From contig CM074810.1 in the NCBI GenBank assembly GCA_037447605.1, positions 3,878,880 through 3,942,879 on the forward strand: a stretch of DNA of 64,000 bases, in the 5' to 3' direction. The stretch comes from Zygnema circumcarinatum SAG 698-1b (taxonomy: Eukaryota; Plantae; Zygnematophyceae). The notes below the pieces were generated by a model. That model made no database searches and was not told where the DNA came from. It saw only the letters and a program-made list of their open reading frames with translations. The position numbers and the translations under genes are program-made. Of the stretch, positions 12,391-21,968 are shown piece after piece; position 1 is the first letter of the stretch; each line of letters starts with the position of its first letter.

Positions 12391-13064
12391 GAGAGAGAGA
12401 GAGAAAAAGAGAGAGAGAAAAAGAGAGAGAAAATGGGGGTGGGGGTGAAGCTGTTTGGAAACGGGTCCTTTTGCAGTTGACTGTAGTGGCTAGCCTCGAG
12501 TAAGCGCATGGATTGACATTTCAATCACTTGAATTATAGGCTGAACAGCCTACATGCTCGTAGTCTAGAGTTTTGCTGATGAGGTTCTCTGCTTTGAAGA
12601 TTGGAGTCGACCGCAGGGCTTGAGGCAGGGCTGGAAGCGAACAGTAGCCAAGTTAGGGTTTCAGATAGTGAGTTTTTTCGTGTCGCTTAATAATGGCACA
12701 TCGCCAAGTGAGTTGCACTCCCTCATTCTTTGCCGTCTCCTCCTTTCAAACGTGACACGTGTCTCCATGAAATGAAGAATAAAATACAATCTATTTCTTG
12801 TCAGTTCAATTTACAATGGTCTTGTACAACAGGAAGAGCGGCGTCCCTGGTTTTCTGACTGTGGCGGTCCTTCACAATATGAACAGCACAAGAGGTGCGA
12901 GCAACTCCGCTTGCTGTTAAGTTCCTCTGCTCAGCCGGACTCAAATCCTCTCACACGAATCTCAGAGGCAGAGGGAGCGGGAGAGGAGAGTACGCGGAGC
13001 TTGCCAAAAACCTAAGAGAGAGAGAGAGAGAGAGAGAGTGAGAAAGAGAGAGAGAAAGAAAGGT

Positions 13065-15318
13065 TCATCCGAGCGAGGCCATGTCCCTCGAGACCCAAGC
13101 GCTGGAGGCGAAGTCGGCCGATATCTGCACGCGCAGCGTCTCGTGCACCGTCCCCCGCTCGAGGAGGGCCCACAACCCCAGCGCGGGGCCCTCCCCCTCC
13201 CCCTCCCCCTCCCCCGCCTCCGCGATGGCCCTCAGCGGCGCCACCGCCACGCGCAGGTCGTCGCGGAGGCGCGCCCCTCCGCCCCTCTGAAGGCCGCCGA
13301 GGGCCCACCGCCGCACGCACACGCTGCGCTCCGCCACCCCGCGCTCCGCCACCGCCGCCGCCAGGACCGCGCCCTGCCCGCCCCGGGGACCACCCCCGAG
13401 AGAGAGAGTGACACACACACAACAAGAGACACAGAGAGCGAGAGAGAGAGCGCAGGGTGAGAGACGGGTCAAAGCTTGAGGGAGAGGGAGAGGGAGAGGG
13501 AGAGGGAGGGGGGAGGGGGAGGGGGAGGGGGGAGGGGGAGGGGGAGGGGGAGGGGGGAGGGGGAGGGGGAGGGGGAGGGGGGGGAGGGGGAGGGGGAGGG
13601 GGAGGGGAGGGGAGGGGGGAGGGGGAGGGGGAGGGGGAGGGGGAGGGGGAGGGGGAGGGGGAGGGGGAGGGGGAGGGGGAGGGGGAGGGGGAGGGGGAGG
13701 GGAGGGGGGAGGGGGAGGGGGAGGGGGAGGGGGAGGGGGAGGGGGAGGGGGAGGGGGAGAGGGAGAGGGAGTGGGAGGGAAGCTTGTCGGTATTCTACCT
13801 CCACACGAAGGTGACGAGCCGCATAATGCAGGGCGAGAAGGTTGAGCAAAACGCTGCGCTTCCGACAGAGGAGAGTCTCGACGACGTCCTCGAGGCCCAG
13901 GGCGAGGTTCCGGAGAAGCGCCATGGCCCGCTGGTAGTCGCGCACCTCCACGGAGTCGGCCTGAGCGGAGTCCGCGATCACCTCCGCCACAGCCTCCGCC
14001 CGCCTCCGCACTTCCGCTCGCCGCACCACGTAGGCATCGCGGCCACGGGGCTGCGGCACACCGCAACGCAGGAAGAGGGGGCGGAGGAGGATGATGCAAA
14101 TGGACGAAGGGCAGCAGAGAGGGGAGAAGATCACAAAGAGCAATATGATCAGACAGACGTCAGGAGCATTTCACGGACCCTGGGAATGAAATGTGAGGAT
14201 TTCACGTTCCAAAATTAGATAAGTCAGAACGGAGGAAAATAGTCGCAGGTATTGCGCGTAATTCTTAACCTCGTCGGAAAAGTTAAGGTGGCGCAGGCAC
14301 TTGCGAACTTTCAACGAAAACTGAACACCCCCTCTCTTCATTCAACTGTAGGGACCGCTCCCTTCTACAAAACTAGCGACATTGCTCGAGAGCGTTCGTA
14401 GCTCTCAAAAGTAGCACGAACATCTGGCTAAACAAAACATTTACATTTCTTCAGATCAGGCTTCTTTCAGAAGGACAGGCCTAATCCTCGGAACACATCC
14501 TTGCTCACCTCCGTCGGCCTCGCTTCTTCTCTCTCACACTCCTCTCCCTCCCTCGCTTCCCTTTGGCATAACCGTCGTTGAAACTCTACTGCACGAAAGA
14601 TATCACAGCTGTCTCTCATCATGTCCTTCGCCCCCTCACCCGGAACCCACATCCTCTTGTTGTTTGAAGCAAGCAGCACAGCAACGATTCCAACCTTCCA
14701 TACAATCGTTTCTCCACTTCTCTCGTGATACCTAAGTTTACAGCCACACTAATGAGCAATAATATATTCACACTCTTAATCGTTTTCTCCTCCTCCTCCG
14801 GAAAAGGAAACCCACCCAACCATCGTCGCTGACAAAGCCTTCTCAGGATATTGAAAAGTAAGTACGGAGTCCAAGCAGCGCCACACTCTCTGAGCTTACT
14901 CCACACACAGTCGATAGCATCAGCCATTCCTCACCTTCACGCCTGCAGCGTTCTTTTCTTCTCCTCCCTCTCCTTCTCCTGTCTGACCTCCTCCACCTCC
15001 ATTTTCAATTCTCTTACTTACCCCCCCTACCACTCCCGCCGACTCGCCTGCAGCAGCATCTAGTCCACGCTCTCCTCCCACAACGCCATGGCCTCCATTT
15101 CCCTGAGGATAAACCCTAAAAGCTGCCCCCTCTGCACGGGAGCCGTCTCCAGGATCCTTCACGGGCCACCTCCGGAGGTAGAGCTGCTCCCACAGCAGGT
15201 TGTCAGAGCACGCGCGGCGAAAGAAGCGGCAGGACGCTGCCAGGCAGCACACGCCGCGGGGCCCCAGGAGAAGCGCCACCGCCATGGCGACCTCCTCTGG
15301 GAGCGAGGTCAGATCCAT
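13065..15318 (-). CDS. Plant-type F-box protein (multi-exon)
   Basis: N-terminal F-box LTSLPEEVAMAVALLLGPRGVCCLAASCRFFRRACSDNLLWEQLYLRRWP. Downstream exons RAEAVAEVIADSAQADSVEVRDYQRAM...SVLLNLLALHY and ERSVCVRRWALG...LERGTVHETLRVQIS match a conserved uncharacterised plant F-box family as I recall it. Internal exon boundaries are uncertain. Confidence 0.8.
13476..13775. repeat. (GAGGGG)n G-rich microsatellite in an F-box gene intron
   Basis: About 300 bp of GAGGGG/GAGGG units; this repeat produces the spurious poly-Pro, GE and RG ORFs. Confidence 0.95.
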
Positions 15319-16022
15319 GGTGGACGGACGGCTGGGAGCACAACAGGGCGATGTTCATGCACCCTTTAGGACACGTGGTCATGATGTCACACAACGTCAT
15401 GGTACGTCACGCCCCGTCAGCAGCGCCATATTCCAGTTTTTTCATAGAAACGCACTTGAGTTTGTCCGTACAAAGCGGTCGCACCCTTCGTCCCGTGAGT
15501 TTCCGCAGGAGCGTTCCAAAATGTCGTACGGTAATTTTGATGTGTTTTTGGCCGACTTTGAAACGTTAAAGAAGGCGGCGGAGGTCGACCTAGAGCACGG
15601 CGGATCGCAGTCAGGAGACTCAGGACACGACCGGCCGCGGGCCGCGGGAGAGCAGCGACAAATTCTTGCGGTGGCCCCGCAGCCAATCGCGGGACGTCTA
15701 CAGATCGCAGTGACGCGGAAGTGGACCCATTCGTACGCCGAATCCGCCTGGCCTCGGGCGGGCAGGAAGGTCTATCGGCCGTCAGCGCGATCTCCGGCCG
15801 CCCGCCGCCACTCTGCTCAAGATTTGACAATTTGTCGTTTTAAGGGCAGATCTACCCAGAATACGATACCTCGTGACGCACTTGATGTTATATGACGTCA
15901 CGTAGGCTAGCTCCTGCCAGGAACCGTACGGTCCAGCCTGCCCGCCGGCCCCTGCATGAAAGGGAGTGAGGGAGGGCGGGAGGGAGCGAGGGAGGGGAGG
16001 GAGGGAGGGAGGGCGGGAGGGG

Positions 16023-16032
16023 NNNNNNNNNN
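16023..16032. other. Assembly gap (10 N) inside a G-rich repeat
   Basis: Run of N. Confidence 1.
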
Positions 16033-16114
16033 GAGGGAGGGAGGGAGGGAGGGAGGGGAGGGGAGGTGAGGGGAGGTAGGGGAGGGAGGTGTGAAAGATG
16101 ATGATGCTGCGGGT

Positions 16115-16191
16115 TGTACGGACTGTTGTACGGACGAATGTACGGAAATGTGTACGGACGAGTGTACGGACACTGTACGGGATGTGTACGG
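16115..16191. repeat. Phased array of 7 x TGTACGG (CCGTACA) with 11-12 bp period
   Basis: Copies start at 16115, 16127, 16139, 16151, 16163, 16174 and 16185, separated by variable 4-5 nt spacers. Confidence 0.9.
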
Positions 16192-16529
16192 GCGAAAGAG
16201 AGACTGCGCGTGTGAGAGAGTTCAGGAAGGTCTGTGCAGGAAGAGAAGTGTCAGGCGGAGGAGAAGCGTCAGGCGAAGCGTCAGGCGAAGCGTCGCAAAT
16301 GTATGGTGCTCAGGAAGGAGGATTCAGAAAGGAGAATTCTGGAAGCTTAGACATTGGGTAGAAAAAGAAGCGCTGCGCAGATTTAGAACACAGGAAGAGA
16401 GAAGAGAGGATGAAGTGATTTGTAATGAGGCTTCAGATGAAATAAAGAAGTGTTTATGAGTTATGTGTTGATCTTGTGTGATCATGTGTTTTGTGCATCA
16501 AGCTTGAATGTGTTCTCTTCTTTCACAGG

Positions 16530-17070
16530 AGGGAGGGGAGGGGAGGGGAGGGAGGGAGGTATGGGAGGAGAGGTGAGGGGAGGGATGGGAGGAAGGGAGG
16601 GAGGGAGGGAGGGAGGGAGGGGAGGGATGGAGGGGAGGAAGGGAGGGAGGGAGGGGTGGAAGGGGTGGGGAGGGGAGTGGAGGGAGGGGAGGGGAGGGAG
16701 GGAGGGAGAGAGAGGGAGGGAGGGGAGGGGAGGGAGGGAGGGAGGGAGGGGAGGGGAGGGACGGGGAGGGGGGAGGGGAGGGACAGGAGGGAGGGGAGAG
16801 CGGGGAGGGAATTAGGGAGGGAGGGGAGGGAGGGGAGGGAGGGGAGGGAGGAGGGAGGGGAGGGAGGGGAGGGAGGGAGGGAGGGAGGGAGGGGAGGGAG
16901 GGGAGGGGAGTGGAGGGAGGGAGGGGAGGGGAGGTGAGTGGAGGGAGGGAGGGAGGGAGGGAGGGGAGGTGAGTGGAGGGAGGAGGGAGGGAGGGAGGGG
17001 AGGGAGGGGAGGGAGGGAGGGGAGGGGAGGGAGGGGAGGGGAGGGAGAGAGGGGTGGGAGGGAGGGAGGT
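16530..17070. repeat. GGGA/GGAGG-rich low-complexity tract
   Basis: About 540 bp made almost entirely of G and A on the + strand. Confidence 0.95.
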
Positions 17071-17659
17071 TTGTCCAAGTCACACCATTCATTACATTTT
17101 AGAAAAAGAAAGAACTGTTTTTTGCTTTGCAGTCGCCATTTCCATCTCTTTCTGCAGGCGGGGGGGCGGGCCGACCGCCTGGGCTCTGACAACGTGACGG
17201 CAGTCTGCGCTGCGCATTGCTATAAATCCAATGTGGACGGTACAGTACAGTGCAGTGTCAGCGCTTCGCTGCTGCAGGCTTCCCTGGACCTACCTATCTA
17301 ACCTACCTACCGACTTCCATTACTCCTACTTCCCTCATTGACAAGAAATCTTCCGAACTTTAAGGCAAATCAGAGCTCCTTGAGAGCGCCACGGCCGGCC
17401 TCGGTGCGCACTTGGTGCTTCTACCGGGCGGGGCGGGCTGCGGGCACCACTCCCTCACGCGCACATCATTAATGTTGTGTTGTGGCGCGACGCGAAGCAA
17501 CGACTGCTGCTGCTGCAAGCAGCGTCACGTCACGTTCTCACGGGGCTTCGCAGTGGACTTATTTATCGTATGTGCTGATTCATCCCACGTCAAAGCTATA
17601 GAAGAAATCCAGATTCGCTGCGTGGTGCGTGTTCTTGAGCGTCTGCAGCGATCTGATAT

Positions 17660-20415
17660 TCACGACTTCCGAAACAATATTTCAAGGCGATGCTCATGGC
17701 CGTTGTAAACTTCGAGCACTTGCACTCCCTTCACCTCTGCATGGACGGAAGGCTCAGAACGATCAGCTTGAACCCAAACTGCAATCTAGCAAGAAGTCAT
17801 GACGTGTTATGCCAATGTTGTGTTTTTAGGGAGGGACGGAGGAATGGTGGGAGGGAGGGAGGGTGGGGGGGAGAGAGGGCGGAAGGGAGATGAGAGGAAG
17901 GAAGGCAGGCAGTGAGTGAGGAGACGGGCGACGAGGAGATGATTCTATTTAGGGGTTGCGGGTACGAGAGAGAGAGACGAGAATGAGGGAAGGGGGATAT
18001 GTAGAGGGTAGAAAGGTGCGCCGTGATTGTCTGCGAGTGTCTGCGCCCTTGCAAGCGAGAGAGCGTGAGAGCGAGAGGTCACCTAAAGGCAGCATGCGCG
18101 CCCCTGCAGTAGTGAGCAGCGGCAGGCCCTCCCCCACTTCCTCCCACACCTTCATCCGCTCGGCCACCGCCATTAAGAGCTCTCCTACCGTCTTCGATCT
18201 CCTCCCTCGGCGACGTCCTTTCGTACTTCGCGGGCACTCCGCCGAGGAGGAAGGGAGCGCCGACCGGAAGGTGCTCGCTATGGGAATGGTCTTCGCGCTT
18301 AAAAGAGGCACCACCACAGGGAGCCGCGCCATGGTTTTGCTGCGTCTCGTCACGGGGGGGAAGATGGGTTCACAAGATCCTTCAAACGCGCGATGTGCAA
18401 TTACGTCCCTTTCATCGTTACTCGTACTCTCAGCAGAAAGCAAGCTCTGGGCTTTCGCATATGACGTTTCCAGATACGAGTCCGCGTTTGCACTCGATGT
18501 CGGAGGTTCGTCACAGGTCACGTCGATAGTCAAATGAGTTCTTAATTTCCGAATGCCCCCCCCTGCTGCTTCTTGTGCTGGCGGCAGGTCCGGAGAGTGG
18601 GTGAGCTCTGGGCCATCCTCCTCAAGTTGCTGCTGCAACCATGGATGTTCTGCGGAAGCAAAGACGAACAGACACCACAGGTTCTACGTGAAGCTCATGT
18701 TGCGTGATGGACCTGATTAGCTCTGCGAGTAAAGTGCGAGCTCGTGGAGGCGACAAGCAAACCCTAAAAAACCCTAAACCCCCCCCCCGCTCACCCTGCG
18801 CCTCCTCGGCGGTGATGCGCATGGCGGGGTCGAAGCAGAGCATGCGGCGCACGAGGTCCTTGGCCTCGTCGGACACGTGGCGCCACGGGCCGGTGGCGAG
18901 GTCGAAGACGCCCGCGCGCACCTTCTTGAGCGTCCCCTCCTCCGTTTTGGCGGCGAAGGGCGGCGTCCCCGACAGCAGCACGTACAGGATCACGCCGAGG
19001 CTCCACATGTCGGCCTCGGGGCCGTACGATTTGTTCAGCACCTCGGGGGCAATGTAGTACCTGCAGGCGCGCTGTTGCGATATGGTGAGCATTCTCCCCC
19101 CCGTTCTATGTCGTTTTGACGTTTCCCAGTGTCCTTCTCTACTTTGTTGGCGGGCAGCCACTCAAACTTTCGAAAGCTGTTTTTCGTTTTCATCCAGAAC
19201 CCGGCGATGAAGGGGTTCAGTAACGCCCCGCTTTGATTATGCGCCTACATGTCTCCCTGGACCCACGCAAGAGGGCGCAGAGTGTTGCGGATCGGCTCAC
19301 AGCGTGCCGACGGTCTGCGTGAGTTTGACGCCGGGCGTGAAGAAGGCCGCCTGCCCGAAGTCGACGACCTTCACACGTGTGGCCGAGTCCGCCGATTCGA
19401 GGAGGATGTTCTCGGGCTTGAGGTCGCGGTGCGCGATGCCCGCCGCGTGGCAGTACACGACAACGGAGAGCACTGTGCGCACCACCGCCGCCGCCTCGCG
19501 CTCGCCGTACGGCCCGCTCTGCCGGATGCTGTCGAAGAGGTCGCCGCCCTCGCACAGCTCCATGATGATGTGCACGCTCTGAAGGAGAGGGGAGGGACGG
19601 GGTGAGAACTAGAGGGATAGGGAGGGAGGGAGGGAAGGAGAGGGGAAGGTAAAGAAAATACGAGGGGGTAGGAAAATGGTACGGTGAGTGAAGGAGACGG
19701 GGAATGATAGGAGTATAAGAGATGGGAGCATACACATTGTGAGGAGGTGGGCAGAGAGGGGCAGTAGAGAGAGCGAGACCTTCTCGTCCTCCACGACGTC
19801 GCGGAGAGCAGCCACACCCTTGTGTGCGCTGGCCTTGCGCAGCGCCCGCACCTCCGTCCTGACGGCGGCCGTCTCGGTGTGCGACGCCATGCGGCTCTTC
19901 GGCAGCGTCTTGCATGCCAGCAACTCCCCGCCTGCCAGCGCCCGGCAGGCACGCGTGACGGCCGTGAGGCCCTGCCCGAGCTCCTCGCCCATCTCGTACT
20001 TCTCCTCCACGTCGCTGTAGGGGATCCCCAGCACGTACGTCGCCGACTTCTGCGACCCCGCCCGGCGCAGGGGGTGGGCCGACGCGGGGGACGGGCAGGG
20101 CGCGCCGCCTCGCGGCAGAGGGAGGGGCGACGGCGCGCCCGACGGCGAGAACGGGCGGGGCGAGGGGAGCCGGGGGAGCGCGCCGCCGCGTTCGCCGCGG
20201 GGCGACTGGGCGTGCGCCGGCGCCTGCGCGTCTATGGCGATCAAATGCGACACCATGTCCGGAATCACGCGGGGGGCCGAGGGGGCGGGGCGGGGCGAAG
20301 GGAGCCGGTCGAATGCGCCGCCGCGCTCGCCGCGGGAGGAGAGGGCGTGCGTCTGCGCATGCGACTCTATAGCGATGAGGTGCGACACCATGTCCGGAAC
20401 CGCGCGCGGGCCCAT
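17660..20415 (-). CDS. CDPK/CAMK-group Ser/Thr kinase lacking EF-hands, with a non-canonical C-terminal domain
   Basis: Motifs YEMGEELGQG, LLACKTLPK, HIIMELCEGGDLFD, HRDLKPENILL, DFGQ, VGTL|YYIAPEVL, DMWSLGVILYVLLSGTPPF and EHPWL. No junction or EF-hand region follows. The last exon is inferred at 17736-17660 via a phase-1 GT-AG intron (18082-17737). Confidence 0.9.
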
Positions 20416-21264
20416 GGGGGCCGGGAGGGGAGGGGAGGGGAGGGAAGAGGGAGGGGGGGAAGTGGGAGGGGAGGGGAGGGGAGGGGGAGGGGAGGGAAGT
20501 GGGAGGGGAGGGGAAGGGAGGGGAGGGGAGAGGAGGGGAATAAGAGGAAGAGGGAGTGGGAGAGGGAGCGGAACGGAGGGGGGAGGGAGGGAGCCCGCGG
20601 CTGGCTCGCTTGCTGTGCGAGGGGCGGCCGGCGGGCGGAGGGAGGGAGGGAGGGACTGCGCCCGCGCGCCCGCACGCGCGGGCGACCGAGAACGTCTCCC
20701 CCGGGCGCCGGGCGGCTGTACGGACGCGGCCCCGGCCGTTACGGCGCCCGCGCGAGTTCGCAAATGGTCACGGTGCTCGTACGGAGGTTTGTACGAATGT
20801 CCTTACACGCCGTCGCCGACAGGGACTGGGAGCGCCTGGCGGCGGGCGGCGAAAGGGACAGGGTGGCCGTACGGCGCGGCCCCGCCGACTGGCGGCGTCA
20901 GCGTGAGGTCGCAAAACGTCAAAACTGGAACCGAGTGAGCTTGTCGGGCGCGCTGCGACCCCCCTAAAGCGACAAAAATTGAAGATGGCGGCCGGCTTGA
21001 CGTCAAGGGATTCGGAGGGTGGATTTTGTCAGATTCGGAGGACACGCCCGGCGGACCCGCAAACGACAAAACTGAGACCTGCCATGAGGGCGGGCGGCTG
21101 AGATGGCCGCGACGTTCACAAAACGACAAAATGATTTGTGACAAGCCCCTTTACAGCGCGGGCGGCCCAGCGTTAGGCGGAACCGCCGCGCCCCATGCGG
21201 GCGGCAATTTTGGCGGTTAGCGGTGTCGGGTAAGCGAGGGGGCGATAGGGTAGGGAGTAGGGAC

Positions 21265-21571
21265 TAGGGCTGGCCAACTGTACAAATTTTATTCCTTTTG
21301 ACTTAAATCAGGGAATAGATGTGACCCTTATAATCCGGTTTAATTCTTGGAATTTTCGGAACCACAAACTTTAGTGTACGGTCCCTTCCGGACGGTTCAA
21401 TTTCCGCGGTGGGTCGCCAACCATTGGCGCAGTCCAACCAGCCGCGGCACCGCCCTTCAAGTGACGTGACGTGACGTGACGAAACTCTGAAACTTTCGGA
21501 TATTCGAAGGTTCGAATACTGAAATCTAAAACACTGAATACAAGGGAACCTTTCAGAGTTTCGCATCCCTA
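21265..21571. mobile_element. Short degenerate hAT-type MITE
   Basis: Ends TAGGGCTG (21265) and CATCCCTA (ending at 21571), the same end type as the 5821-8109 element. The flanks GTAGGGAC / GTCCGGAC match at 6 of 8 positions (decayed TSD). Confidence 0.55.
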
Positions 21572-21968
21572 GTCCGGACACGGGAACCACGAGGAGCGCC
21601 TCCGCCAGTCCGTCCGCGGCCCCGACCGGATCGCACGCGTTTGGCCCAACAAGTAAATGGTTCGCCGCTGCGCGAGGTAGTGATGCGCGGCCGCCAACGG
21701 TTGGAAGGCATGTTGGTGGGGGTGGTGGTGGTGATGGTAGTGGTGGTGGTGGTCGGTCTTACAGGCAAATGAAGCATTATTACAATGTCAGTGTAAGGAG
21801 CAAGCCACTGTGAAGTGAGGAGCTCTAAGGTGAACAATGCCATATTGAATAAAAACAATGAAATGCCGTTGAATGTACAGGAAAAGCCGTGCAAGGCGTC
21901 AAAACGCCGGGTGCCGAGTCAGTACATGTTCAAACGAACAAGGACTGCTTCGGAATTCGATTCATAGA

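Noticed and set aside
13065-14218. Long poly-Pro (extensin/formin-like), GE- and RG-repeat ORFs
   Set aside because: These are translations of the intronic (GAGGGG)n microsatellite. The same applies to ORFs at 16450-17300, 19609-20967 (upstream part) and 60287-60809.
16115-16191. CRISPR-like repeat-spacer appearance
   Set aside because: The 7-bp repeats and 4-5 bp spacers are far too short, the context is eukaryotic, and there are no cas genes.
17157-17301. PP2C-like GSDNVTAV motif on the + strand
   Set aside because: No other PP2C motifs are found upstream; likely chance.
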